Shown here: positions 26,333 through 40,600 of the stretch, one piece after another
How the letters are laid out: every line of letters starts with the position of its first letter
Position numbering within the stretch: position 1 is the stretch's first letter
The notes under the pieces: model-generated
Told to the model about the DNA's origin: nothing
Database searches by the model: none
Seen by the model: only the letters and a program-made list of their open reading frames with translations
Position numbers and translations under genes: made by a program
NCBI GenBank assembly: GCA_951406725.2
Contig: OX597815.1
Coordinates: 190,650,001 to 190,714,000 of the forward strand
Length of the DNA stretch: 64,000 nt
Direction of reading: 5' to 3'
DNA from: Octopus vulgaris
Taxonomy: Eukaryota

Positions 26333-26894
26333 GGTTTATGTAAATGAGAGAGAAATGTTATGTTCTAAGTTCTATAAAGTCAACCTGAAAAGCTGCAGTA
26401 AAAGCAAAGCTTACTTTGTGTTTGCTCTATACATTAATATTCAAACATATCACATACTTCATTCATATGAAATTGAGAAATTGGTCTAGAATGTTCCAGA
26501 GTCATTTAATACCAACATCTCTAACTGCTCATGATTTATATGAATTTGAAGTCTAAGTATCAGTATCATATATTAATACAGAGAGCCACCAGAGTGGCAT
26601 AACTGCTGCAGGAGCAGATTAGATGCCATACATTGTAGTGTTTAGTTTTATTCCTTTACGTTATCAATTCAAAACCTCCCCTGCAAATTTGTGACAATAC
26701 ATCGATATAAAATACTTAAAGGCATAAATACAGGAATAGAATTTGCTTAAGGGGTGCAAACCCAGGTCCAAAATGTTTTACAAGCATGGACAATTGTTTT
26801 CAATCTTAATATCAAAACAAAGCTATTCATCTATCACCCCTTCCTTTCTCATTCAGATGTTGTGACAGAGAAAAACACAAGGGTATTATTATAG

Positions 26895-27295
26895 TACTCT
26901 TTTACTTGTTTCAGTCATTTGACTGCAGCCATGCTGGAGCACTGCCTTTAGTCGAGCAAATCTACCCCAGGATTTATTCTTTGTAAGCCTAGTACTTATT
27001 CTATTGGTCTCTTTTGCCAAACCGCTAAGTGACAGGGATGTAAACACACCAGCATCGGTTGTCAAGTAATGTTGGGGGGACAAACACAACACACAAATAC
27101 ACACATATATATATATATACATATACATATATACGACAGGCTTCTTTCAGTTTCCGTCTACCAATTCCACTCACAAAGCTTTGGTCGGCCCAATGCTATA
27201 GTAGAAGACACTTTGCCCAAGGTGCCATGCAGTGGGACTGAACCCGGAACCATGTGGTTGGTAAGCAAGCTACTTACCACACAGCTACTCCTGCG
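26895..27295 (-). mobile_element. SINE family A, full length
   Basis: Matches family A. Confidence 0.85.
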
Positions 27296-27348
27296 CATGG
27301 ACAATTTTTTTTCAATCTTAATATCAAAACAAACAAAGGTATAGTACC

Positions 27349-27401
<53 letters not shown>

Positions 27402-27592
27402 GCACTCAGAAAGCGCAAACCTCCATCAGGGCAACACCAACGTCCTCTCAACGATTAAAATGAGAATATCTAAAATAAACTTGACTGCTCTCAAAAATGA
27501 GAAAACTAAAAATTAAGTTTAAAAGAAAAATGGAAAATAATCCAGAATCATTGTCCGGAACTGGATCAATCCCAAAATCTAATAAAAACAAA

Positions 27593-27633
<41 letters not shown>

Positions 27634-27643
27634 TAACAATAAC

Positions 27644-27705
<62 letters not shown>

Positions 27706-27710
27706 TAATA

Positions 27711-27958
27711 ATTATCATAGTAGGTGCATTAGGCATGATAAAAAAATATTCAGACAAATACATAACAAAAACACCAGGACTTACAAACACATATAACATA
27801 CAGAAAATTGCACTACTAGGCACTGCACACATCCTACGCAGAACACTTTCCATACAATAACCATCAGAGCATCACAACAAATCACAGCACATACCCAAGG
27901 TACACAGAGCTGCGCTCGGTAGTGAAGTGAAAGCACGCTATAAAAATAAAACTACTGA
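27711..27958 (+). mobile_element. R4/Dong-like non-LTR retrotransposon 3' fragment, family 1
   Basis: IIIVGALGMIKKYSDKYITKTPGLTNTYNIQKIALLGTAHILRRTLSIQ* (stop 27858-27860); AAT tracts on both sides. Confidence 0.8.
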
Positions 27959-27974
27959 ATAATAATAATAATAA

Positions 27975-28354
27975 TATAAAGACCTACTCATTGAAATTGA
28001 GAAAATGTGGCATCTCAAGGCGGTTACAATACCAGTGATCGTAGGAGCACTAGGAATGATCAAGAAGGGAACCGAAAATTATATGAGAATGATCCCTGGC
28101 TTACCATCCCTGCAAGAAGTGCAAAAGATTCTCTTAACTGGTACATCACACGTATTGAGAAGAGCATTGTCGATGTGAGAACTGTTGCTGCTCATGTATT
28201 TTAATTTAACTTAAAAAAAAAATTTTTTTAAATGAACGAACTATTGAGTTCGGTTTAATGGCCTACCAATGTATACTATGAGTTTCTTTGCCCTAGGAGT
28301 TGGGAAGACACTCGGCAAGAAATGGAAGCAAATTTGAAAGAAGAATAAAAAAAA

Positions 28355-28355
<1 letters not shown>
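27975..28355 (+). mobile_element. R4/Dong-like non-LTR retrotransposon 3' fragment, family 2
   Basis: YKDLLIEIEKMWHLKAVTIPVIVGALGMIKKG..IPGLPSLQEVQKILLTGTSHVLRRALSM* (stop 28176-28178); restriction-like endonuclease C-terminus. Confidence 0.85.
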
Positions 28356-28393
<38 letters not shown>

Positions 28394-28449
28394 TTGATGG
28401 TGATGATGATGATGATGATGATGACGACGACGATAACAATAACAATAAC

Positions 28450-28496
<47 letters not shown>

Positions 28497-28506
28497 TAAC
28501 AATAAC

Positions 28507-28537
<31 letters not shown>

Positions 28538-28593
28538 TTGATGATGATGATGATGATGATGATGATGACGACGACGATAACAATAACAATAAC

Positions 28594-28640
<47 letters not shown>

Positions 28641-28719
28641 TAACAATAACAATAATAATAATAACAATAACAATAACAATAACAATAATAATAATAATAA
28701 TAATAACAATAACAATAAC

Positions 28720-28751
<32 letters not shown>

Positions 28752-29830
28752 TAATAAGGTGAGGTAGCAGAATCAAGAACATGCAGGATGAATGCTTAGC
28801 AGCATTTCACCCATCGCTACATTCTGAGTCCGAATAATCGGGGTTGATGAATCAAGTACCAGTGAAACACAGATAAATCAGATAATGGAAAAATAATGTT
28901 TCAAATCAGTCCAAAAATATTTCAATGCTCGTGGCACGTAAAAAGCACCCACTACACTCTCGGAGTGGTTGGCGTTACGAAGGGCATCCAGCTGTAGAAA
29001 CTCTGCCAGATCAAGATTGGAGCCTGGTGCAGCCATCTGGTTCACCAGCCCTCAGTCAAAATCGTCCAATCCATGCTAGCATGGAAAGTGGACGTCAAAC
29101 GATGATGATGATGATGGTGATTCGTTATGGTGATGAAGTTTTTCAGGTGGTTGTTTAAAGAATTTTCATTGCCCCGCGAAAATTTTCGAGGGTGTGCTTA
29201 AACACCTTGCTTTTCCTGTTCCTGATCCTATGCTTAAAGGTTGTTCATTTTTATTCATATGCTAACCTTAAATTGAACAGACAGATAAAGATATTCCTCA
29301 GATGACCATCTTGTCATTACCCTATATCAGAAACAGGGCAGTGAGCTGGCAGAATCATTAGCACGATGGGTGAAATGCTTAGCAGTATTTCATCTGCCAG
29401 TACGTTCTAAGTTCAAATTCCGCTAAGGTCAACTGTGCCTTTCATCCTTTCGAGACCGATAGAATTAGTACCAGTTATGCACTGGGGTCGATCTAATCGA
29501 CTTAATCCCTTCCCCCAAATTTGAGGCCTTGTGCTACCAGTAGAAAGGAATATTCTATATCAGAAACAAGGTATCTAAACTGACCTTCATGTTTCTTTAA
29601 GATGGTTGAATATGAGTTGAGGGATATATGGCTACTATTTCTAACAGATTGAGCAACTGCCTAGAGATTCCTTCATTTGTTCATTATTTCAAAACAGACA
29701 TTATAAATGATATATGTAAACCTCATAAATTTTGTGTATAATTGTATCAGAGCATATCTTGCTTCTGTCTTAATGTTACATGCTAAAACACATATACAAG
29801 AGCATATAAATGTATAGTATAGCATAGAAC

Positions 29831-30012
<182 letters not shown>

Positions 30013-30835
30013 GAGTAACTATGCGTGTATATTGGAAATAGAATGAACTAGCAGCAATGCAGTGACCTAGCAGTGAAATATAATAAGACATAAGCGCTAT
30101 GCAACAGCATTACATGGTCTCACATATTATGTCCATTGAACAGCAAATAGAAGCAACGTGTAACCTGATACTGCAGTATTTTACAGTTTCAACTTGTCAC
30201 TTGGTTTCCAGTTACCATTCTAGTATTGTTAACTCTAAGCAAATAAATGGACCATAATCTAACAAGACTAGATGCCTACCGTTAAAAATGGACATAAATC
30301 ATCAGCAGTTTTTATTATACATACATACAGTTCGTCATTAAAAATTAAACGAATTCCAGAGTTGAAAAATCTATTCATGAAACATGTATAAAATTGTAAC
30401 TTGGGGGGCAATCAAAGCATTGATTTCCATATGTTACAAGTGGAGAAGCTATAACCGAAATGTAGGAATAATGGAGATAAAACAGAGACACTAAATAAAT
30501 ACATCGACAAATAAATAAATAGATAAATAGATGTATATACATGTATATAAATAGATATATATATATGTATATAGATAAATGAATATATAAATAAATAGTG
30601 GTGGACATAATGTTTTAAATATTCATATTCGCTGCAATAGTTTGAGAAGCATCAAAATGGTTGTATACTTAATCATCTGCATAACCATGCATGCATGTAC
30701 AAGAAACACAGACATAAGCATAGTTAAAACATAATCATGCGTATGCATACATATGTGCAACCAGCAGAATGCATAATAAAACAGTCAAGTGATACAAACA
30801 TTATGTGATAAATACTGTATATACATATACAACCT

Positions 30836-31197
<362 letters not shown>

Positions 31198-31392
31198 TCT
31201 AACTCTGTGTCTGTCTGCCTATGTGTATGTATGTATGCATGTTTGTATACACTTCAAAGTAATACAAGAACCAATATTACTCAACAGAAAATATATACAC
31301 AAGCACACCATTTTGTTCGGTGCTGATACAGTACCATTTCCACAAAATGTCCTCAACTTTAGGTAGAAAATAAATTGGTATTTTTCTAATGT

Positions 31393-31477
<85 letters not shown>

Positions 31478-31714
31478 CATGTGTGCAAATGTTTGTACAT
31501 AAACATATGTATATATACATTATAATATATGCATTTATATATACAGACATCATCATCATCCTTTAACGTCCGTTTTCCATGCTGGCATGGGTTGGACGGT
31601 TTGACTGGGGTCTGGGAAGCCAGGAGGCTGCACCAGGCCCCAATCTGATCTGGCAGTGTTTCTACAACTGGATGCCCTTCCTAATGCCAACCACTCTGAG
31701 AGTGCAGTGGGTGT

Positions 31715-31864
31715 TTATAACATATTCCCCTTTCAGATTCACACATTTATTGCAGCAGTCCTTCAGTTTTTCTAAGCCCTGTAAAAGAACTCCGAAGGTT
31801 GGGCCTCCAACCAGACCTTTTGTGATACCCTTAAAACCAGGAACTTTTCCGCAGCCCTTCGTAC
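31715..31864 (-). mobile_element. Mariner-derived MITE fragment
   Basis: TA-CGAAGGGCTGCGGAAAAGTTCCTGG end joined to LQGLEKLKDCCNKCVNLKGEYV (mariner C-terminus); same family as 41811-42223. Confidence 0.75.
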
Positions 31865-32086
31865 TTTCAAACACGGCACTATATTATGCTTCAAATTGCT
31901 AGTTTTAGTTAGCATCACTGTACCAAAATGAGTCAACAAACAGTATTACCCATGCTAGTCTTTCAAAGTTCTTTGGTTATGAATAAGTGGCAAGCAACAA
32001 CCATTCAATTCAGTGAGAACATTAAGTGGGACTTTGTAAACAAACAAAGGATAGGCTGCAGAATTATGTGGTGAAGATAATAATCA

Positions 32087-32450
32087 TAATAATAATGAAA
32101 TTATTGTATACAGTGCTCAGGTGCACCACAACTTGTCAAAAGTGCGTATAAAGAATATGCAGTAATGTACAAATGTCTGGAAAGTGAACAGTGCATGAGT
32201 CAGATACATGCTTGCGTGTGCATGGAGGGGAGAAAATCAGGTGTAGTGTTGGCGATTCTCAGGAAGCATGGAAGTTTTGAAGGATGCAGTGCTCTGACAA
32301 CTAACAACTGATGCCGGCAGTTTGTTCCATGCTTCAGTAACTCTTGAAAAAGTGCTCAGAGTTATTGTTAGTAAGATGGTTAATAAGTTTACGGGTGTCT
32401 GCCAAGTCAGCTACCAGATGTCGGAGTTTCAATGTATCCATGGCCAGGGA
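32087..32450 (-). mobile_element. CR1-type LINE 3' fragment with internal deletion
   Basis: Reverse complement of the 24781-25260 family. Confidence 0.8.
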
Positions 32451-32795
32451 TGTACGAACCATACCGGATAATGTAAAATCATTCAGGTGCTACATGAAAA
32501 GCACTGGTGATGGTGACATGTAAGAAGCACTGGTTGATGATGCTGCATAAAAAGCACTGATGATGATGCCATGTAAAAAGCATTGGTGATGGTGTCCCAT
32601 ACAAAGCACCCAGTACAATCTGTAAAGTGGTTGGTATTAGGAAGGGCATCACTTCAATGTTCATGTGTATGCATGTGTGTGTGTGTACTTGTATACTCAC
32701 ACATACACACAAAAGCACATATACAGTCATATATGCACATGCTACCCTTAAACTAAAAGCATATATATATGTATACACACACACATATATATATA

Positions 32796-33008
32796 CAGGG
32801 TGGCCCAAAAGTAGCTTTACAGTTATCACGTAGACACCTTAAATTTCTTTTATAGCATTTTATTACATTTGAATGTCTATCTTACAATTAACTAAATCAG
32901 CATAGAATAAATGGTTTCATATTCTTTTATAATTAAGATCTAAACTGTTAATATATGAATGCGAAAGAGATAGTTGAATAACTGTAAACCTACTTTTGGG
33001 CCACCCTA
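32796..33008. mobile_element. Tc1/mariner MITE (~213 bp)
   Basis: ~31-bp TIR CAGGGTGGCCCAAAAGTAG(C/G)TTTACAGTTAT, TA context on both sides. Confidence 0.88.
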
Positions 33009-33022
33009 TAAATATATATATA

Positions 33023-33422
33023 TACTCTTTTACTTGTTTCAGTCATTTGACTGTGGCCATGCTGGAGCACCGCCTTTAGTCGACCAAATCGCCCCCAGGA
33101 CTTCTTTGTAAGCCTAGTACTTATTCTATCAGTCTCTTTTGCCGAACTACTAAGTTCCGGGAACGTAAACACACCAGCATCGGTTGTCAAGCAATGTTGG
33201 GGGGACTAACACAGACACACAAACATATACACACACATACATATACAAATTCATATATACGACAGGCTTCTTTCAGTTTCCGTCTACCAAATCCACTCAC
33301 AAGGCTTCGGTCGGCTCAAGGCTATTGTAGAAGACACTTGCCCAAGGTGCCATGCAGTGGGACTGAACCCGGAACTATGTGGTTCGTAAGCCAGCTACTT
33401 ACCACACAGCCACTCCTATGCC
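33023..33422 (-). mobile_element. SINE family A, full length
   Basis: Matches family A. Confidence 0.85.
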
Positions 33423-33450
33423 TATATATATATATAAATACATACATACA

Positions 33451-33515
<65 letters not shown>

Positions 33516-34317
33516 GATCCACCCACATTTCCCACATATACACAACTAATACAAAGAAATCAGTCATGGAACATTGTAAGTAAATGAAAAAAATAGCTTA
33601 TCATGTTACCATCACATCTACTGAAAATATAATCTGACAGTCACATGCGTAAAACAGTGTTTCAATTAAAACCTTTACATCTCACTCTAAAATATTACCC
33701 AAATCTGTGGCCTTTTGTCATTTGCTTCCTCTTCAAACAATAGTCACTTTGTAATTTGTTTTATTTAATTTTATTTTATTTTTTATCTTATTTTATTTTG
33801 AACACTCAGGCCAGCTTTGATTCTGCAAGCATATGACCAAAGGCATTCCACGCAAAAAAAAAAAACCATCAGTCTTTTTGTACATCTAGGATTAACATCA
33901 AATGTGTGGTTTCTCTTATCTCTAAGCATTAAAATGTGATGTGAGGGAAATTTAACTGTTATTTCTAGCAGATTGTAGCAGCTCTACTGTGAAGGGAAAT
34001 GCTGTCCTCGAGTGAGTTTGTTGAAAGATGGGTGAAAGTCGTAAAAATGGTAAGAGTGGATGGTACCTCTCTCAGTGTTGACCTGTGAGTCAGAGAGAAG
34101 GAATTGGAGAGGGCACCTGCTCCTGGGGCTTCAAGGAAATCTTTGACAGTGGGATTCCTAGATTATCCCTAGAGACATTCCTGTATCAGGAGGGCCATGT
34201 CTCTACCACCACCCCCCATTTTTGTTTTACCTTTGTATGCCATGCATATGTTCCTTCTTTTTCAGTGTATACCGTGTTTACTTTATTTTTAAACTTTTAT
34301 TTATTTATTTTTATCAT

Positions 34318-34680
34318 GCGGCTGTGTGGTAAGAAGGTTGCTTCACAACCACATGGTTCTGGGTTCAGTCCCACTGTGTGGCACCTTAGACAAGTGTTTT
34401 CTACTCTAGCCTTGGGCTGACTAAAGCCTTGTGAGTGGATTTGGTAGATGGAAACTGAAAGAAGCCTGTCATATATATATATATATCTATATATGTACGT
34501 GTGTGTTTGTTATTTGTGTTTGTGGTTATCCCCCACCATCACTTGACAACCAATATTGGTGTGTTTGCATCCCTGTCACTTAGCAAAAAAGTGACCAATA
34601 GAATAAGCACTAGGCTTACAAAGAATAAGCCCTGGGGTCGATTTGTTCAACTAAAGGGTGTACTCCAGCATAGCTGCAGT
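34318..34680 (+). mobile_element. SINE family A; an inverted partner lies at 34968-35332
   Basis: Matches family A; opposite-strand copy ~290 bp downstream. Confidence 0.8.
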
Positions 34681-36311
34681 CTGTCTATGTATTGTCCCCC
34701 TCATCTTTCGCCCTTGTGGCAAATAAAGGAAATCATTATTATTAGGTTAATTAAGGCAGTGAACTGGTGGAATCATTAGCACACCAGGTAAAATGCTTAG
34801 CAACATTTTATGCTTTTTTATGTTCTGAGTTCAAATTCCACCAAGGCTGATTTTACCTTTCAACCTTTTGGGGTCGATGCAAATGAACTACCCCCACCAT
34901 ACCAAAACTTGCTAGCCTTGTGCCAAAATTTGAAACCGTTATTAGATTGACTAAGGCAGTGTGTTTGCTTTTACTGGTTTCAGTTATTTCAGTCATGCTG
35001 GAGCACCACCTTTTAGTCAAAGAAATTGACCCCAGGACTTATTCTTTGTAAGACCATTACCTATTCTATCAGTCTCTTTTGCTGAACCGCTAAGTTATGA
35101 GGACATAAACACACCAACATCGATTGTCAAGTGATGTTGGATGGAGACAAACACACACACACACACACAAACATATATATACGATGGGCTTCTTTACAGT
35201 TTCCATCTACCAAATCCACTCACAAGGCTTTGGTCGGCCCGAGGCTATAGTAGAAGACACTTGCCCAAGGTGCAGCACAGTGGGACTGAATCCAGAACCA
35301 TGTGGTTGATAAGCAAGCTACTTACCACACAGTCAATCATTAGCATATTTCATCTGTCTTTACATTCTGAGATTAAATTCCTCTGAGGTCAACTTCAATC
35401 CTTTCTTGGTCAATGAAATAAGTAATCAACTTATAACTCCCACGAAATTTCTGTTCCTGTGCCAAAATGTGGAATCATTATCATTAGATTGAGTTTACCT
35501 TTTATTCTTTCATGTCAGTGTAATTACTTAGCCACCTCCCCAAAATTTCGGGCCTTGTGCCTATAGTAGAAAGAATTAATATATAACATGGCTGATACCA
35601 GTACCCCCTGACTGGCTCCCATATTGGTGGTACATAAAAAGCACCATCCAAACGTGGCCAATGCCAGTACCCCCTGACTGGCTCTCATACCTGTAGCACA
35701 TAAAAAGCACCAGCCAAAACGTTATTGATGCCAGTACCACCTGACTGGCCCTCGTGCCGGTGGCACGTAAAAAGCACCCACTACACTCTTGGAGTGGTTG
35801 GCATTAGGAAGGGCATCCAGCTGTAGAAACATTGCCAGATCAGATTGGAGCCTGGTGCGGCCACTGGCTCTTCAGACCTCTGTCAAACCCTCAACCCATG
35901 CCAGCTTTGAAAACAGACGTTAAACGATGATGAATATGATGATGATGATGACTGAAGTTAGGCTTGATCAAATTGCTTGTACTTCTACAACATACAAAAT
36001 ATTTTAACAACTTTTATTCAATTCCTAATAGCATTTTATTATAAAAAAAAAACAATAAGACTTTTTAAACATCAAATGGCTCTGGGTTGGGGGTAGGGGT
36101 CCAGCGGAGTAAAACTGGAATCAAATGGGTCTATAGGTGAAAAATTGTAGGGAAGCATGTTTGACACTTATCAACCATTTATTAACCATGCATAGTGTTC
36201 TCATTGTATTCTGGACATAAAAAATGTTTTTCTTTCAACCCTATACAAATGTTATTTTTATGCTGAGAGCATTTTGAATATATTAATATAATCACCAGAA
36301 ATATGAGAATG

Positions 36312-36342
<31 letters not shown>

Positions 36343-36668
36343 TAATAATAATAATAACAAATGAAAATAGGAAAATAATGATGAATCTAATTATAGCAGT
36401 CAATTTAAGAATTGTTAACAACAAATGACCTAGTTAAACAATCATACCCATCAAGGGAGAAACACACATGAAAAAATCTTTACAATGATAGAAATTGTAA
36501 CTCACTTTGAAGTATTAACAATACTGAAACCAAATCCACCAGTCATTCATGCAAAAACATATTAGGAACCTTACAGGTATTCATGCTCTGTTTAGAACAG
36601 TCAGGTAAATAGACAAGACCCCAGTGAAAGAAACTAATTCTCTTTCAGTATATTTATGTATGTACTTA

Positions 36669-37083
36669 GGACAGCGAGCTGGCAGAAAGGTTAGCGCGCC
36701 GGGCGAAATGCTTAGCGGTATTTCGTCTGTCGTTACATTCTGAGTTCAAATTCCGCTGAGGTCAACTTTACCTTTCATCCTTTCAGGGTCGATAAATAAA
36801 GTACCAGTTTTGCACTGGGGTCGATGTAATCGACTTATTCCCTTTGTCTGTCCTTGTTTGTTCCCTCTATGTTTAGCCCCTTGTGGGTAGTAAAGAAATA
36901 GGTATTTCGTCTGTCGTTACGTTCTGAGTTCAAATTCCGCCGAGGTCAACTTTACCTTTCATCCTTTCGGGGTCGATAAATAAAGTACCAGTTTCGCACT
37001 GGGGTCGATGTAATCGACTTATTCCCTTTGTCTGTCCTTGTTTGTCCCCTCTGTGTTTGGCCCCTTGTGGGTAGTAAAGAAAT
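36669..37083 (+). mobile_element. SINE family B dimer
   Basis: 17-bp TSD TATTTATGTATGTACTT (36651-36667, 37087-37103) encloses both units. Confidence 0.9.
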
Positions 37084-38081
37084 ATATATTTATGTATGTA
37101 CTTCACTAACCTTTTCATATCCATAGTTAAGTCTAATCACACATACATTCCTGGGCAATACCTTACAGATCTCCTTTCTCATTCACCTGTAAATCTTGTC
37201 TTCAATCAGCTTCAAGTCTTTCACGTTCCTGACAAATGTATCTCACAAATCATTCTGCGATGGGAACTCAACAACCCAATTTCCTATAAGTCACTAGAAC
37301 ACAAGCATATTTCACAAAATTCTAGTTACCAATAAATAAAACTGTGTGTATGAGTGTGGCCTCATCTTTTGTCTTTTGTTTGTTTCAGTTATTAGACTGC
37401 GGCCATGCTGGGGCACCACCTTGAAGAATTTTAATTGAGTAAGTCAATTCCAGTACTTATCTTTTTTTAAGCCTGGTACTTATTTTATCGGTCTCTTTTG
37501 CTGGACCACTAAGTTATGGGGATGTAAACACACTAGCCAAACCATTTCTCTGTCCTGAGATGAAAATTACTTTCAAAATACAAGATAATATATATTTAAA
37601 ACCTCATACAACCATACTGTGCTCCAGAGCTACCACTCGATTGGTAAACAAAGCTGAAACTGTTCAGCAACTTTCCCCCTATCATCAAGGAAACTGTTAA
37701 GACTAACAGCACTGCCTAATCTACTCTTTGGTCTACATCATCATCATCATCGTTTAACGTCTGCTTTCCATGCTGGCACGGGTTGGACGGTTTGACTGGG
37801 GACTGGCAAGACAGGAGGCTGTGCCAAACTCCAATCTGATCTTACAAATTTTCTACAGCTTGATGCCCTTCCTAATGCCAAACACTCTGAGAGTGTAGTG
37901 GGAGCTTTTTATATGCCACCGGCATGGGAGCCAGTCAGGTAGCACTGGCATTAACCCACACTTAAATGGTGCTTAGTATGTGCCACCAGCATGGGTGCCA
38001 ATCAGGCGGCACTGGCATCAGCCACAACTACAATTTCAACTTAATTTCAATCTTGATTTGCTTTTGATTTTGATTTTTGAT

Positions 38082-38125
<44 letters not shown>

Positions 38126-39429
38126 TGGGCTTCTTTCAGTTTCTGTCTACCAAATTCGCTTACAAGGCTTTAGTAGAAGACACCTGCCCAAAGTACCACA
38201 CAGTGGGACTGAACCTGAAACCATGTGGTTGATAAGCAAGCTCCTTACCACACAGCCACACCTGCGACTATGATCAAAAATATTTTATAAAGCCTTCTTT
38301 TTTTTTTTCCTTGGATAACACTGGTGGCGTGGAGAGGGGAGGCCGATATGCATGGGTGACTGCTGGTCTTCCATAAACAACCTTGCCCGGACTTGTGCCT
38401 GGGAGGGTAATTCTCTAGGTGCAATCCCATGGTCATTCATGACTGAAGGGGGTCTCAATTGGCTTGAAACATAAAGATGTATTAGATACGTGAATTGCCA
38501 ACAAGTTTATTTTTGCGTGTCAACCAGTCAAACAGCTCCTTTTTCTTTTTTTCTCTACCCTCCATCAAAGAGCAATAACCAGAAACATTAGACTTTCAAC
38601 TCCTCAATCACATTTGAACTTAACTGACATTCTATAAATTTTCCTTTTGATTAATTGTTGCTAGCTCAGATTCTCACTAATTTCTTCAGGCATCAGATTT
38701 TACTTTCTATTTTTCTTTGTGCCACAAGTCCATCAACTATTTATTTTTTTATTTCTATTTTGTTTCCCTTGTTCTTATTTGGTTGTATTAAGCATAATCT
38801 AACAATGTTTACTTTTCCTTGGTATGAATGAAGTTTTGGTAAAGTAAAATTCTGTTTAGTTACATCGGGCTGAGAATCCACCAAGGGAAGGTGTATCAAA
38901 AGAAAGTAATTCAACAACATGGGTTGATAAACCATAAGACGTGCGGCCAGAACCTCCTGGAAAATAACCAGAGTGGGGTTCATTCCACAGTTGAATTGGG
39001 ACAGTCAAAAAGAGTGATAGGCGTGGAGAGGACAAAGATTAAGTAGCTGAAAGCAAAAGACGCAGCAAGTTATAAAGAATTTGACAACGAGGTAGCAAGA
39101 ATGACCACCAAATTCTACATCGAAGAGGCCAGGGAACAGAAGAAAGAAGAACAAAGAAGACATGCACCCAACACCAGAGCTGAAGACACCTCCAAAAGTG
39201 GGGGCCCCGCCACGTCAAAATGGTAGAGGAGTAGGGGTTGAAACTGGACATGGTTCCTCCTGATGATGTCTTGAGCTAACTGGATCCTATAAAGCAGCTG
39301 TTGTGGTAGCAGACCACGAAACACGGTTGAAATTCCTATCAAACATCACTTTATCCTCCTTATTTTTCACCAATAAAACAAGAACCATTCTCAAATCTAA
39401 TGAGTTATGTAGGTTCTGTGAAATCTATA

Positions 39430-39890
39430 ACTTATATGACATAGGTTTTGGCCGGTATAGACCCAGACCATGTCTAACTTAGCAGCACCACCTGGTGAAG
39501 TCTTTTAGATCATGATTCATACTTCAGTCATATATGGGACACCATAGCCCACTCTAGCAAAGAGTTATTATTGTTGGAGTCATATCCGGGTGCTGGAGGT
39601 TGGTCCAGGATTTTTTGGAGAAATTTGTCCAGAGAACTTTTGAATTGTATGGGATCGGTTTCTGTTTTGATGTATTTTGGTAATAATATTAAAGAGAGCT
39701 GGACCAGTTGAAGTAAAATAGTTGTGTTGTAATGTTGTTATGTGTCTTGAGTTCAATTTTTGTAGTGGGCGGATAGCACGGGGGCCAATTCTTGGGTGGA
39801 TTTTGAAATTGATGCCAGTATCATTTGTGCAATATTCATGGAATATTTTCCACATCACACAAATGATGTAGTGCTCATGGCGGCGTATAA
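39430..39890 (-). mobile_element. Second CR1-group LINE 3' fragment
   Basis: HEHYIICVMWKIF..GINFKIHPRIGPR..YFTSTGPALFNI, then (frameshift) FKSSLDKFLQKILDQPPAPGY. Confidence 0.75.
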
Positions 39891-40600
39891 ATTGGTTTCA
39901 TTTTTACTTTTTAATAATTAATAGAATCATTACTATTTATTCATTACATTTTTCAGGCTTTGTGACTATAATAGAAAGGACATTTTTTGAGTGTTTTTTT
40001 GTAAATTAAAAATATTACTATAAATGGATTATAAAGTTTGTAAGAAATTTTAAATTTTGTAAGAAATTGTATAAAATGGAAACGAATTTTGTTATTGTCA
40101 TCATGTTACAAGATTGATAATCTCATAACTTGATGACAAAAGAATGAGAGATAATCCTTCATTTATTAGTGAAAAACAGTAAACTTTAATAGTGAAACAA
40201 GCTGACAAATCCTATGGAACTCTTAAGAGTGATTAAAGTAATTTAATTTTTCATTATGCAAAATAAAATGTTTTATTTTGTTTTATTTATTTTTAGTTTT
40301 GTTTGTTTGTTTATGTTGTTTTTGAAGGCTTTTTTCACATTTTTGCCAAGCTTCAGATGTACAACCACAAGCATGTTAAACCTGTCATTTCTCATTTTTT
40401 CTGCAAAACTACATATTTTTATCAACAACATGGCCAAAGAAAAATGCCTTAAAGGGATCATTCTGCCTACTAAACAACAATACAGCAGGGTTTCATATAT
40501 GTATTAAAGTGAGTTGAAAAACCACAATTAACTGAGATTATCTTAGCAACTGATAGACAAAAACTCCATCTAAGGATGCATTGTATCGCACAAAAATTCC

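Larger units (their letters stand above)
27349..28756. repeat. (AAT)n/(AAC)n microsatellite field interrupted by insertions
   Basis: Tracts at 27349-27397, 27594-27712, 27958-27975, 28356-28756. Confidence 0.95.

Noticed and set aside
33990-34300. Possible L1/Tx1 LINE 3' end (EFVERWVKV)
   Set aside because: Only a few residues of resemblance; not enough to call
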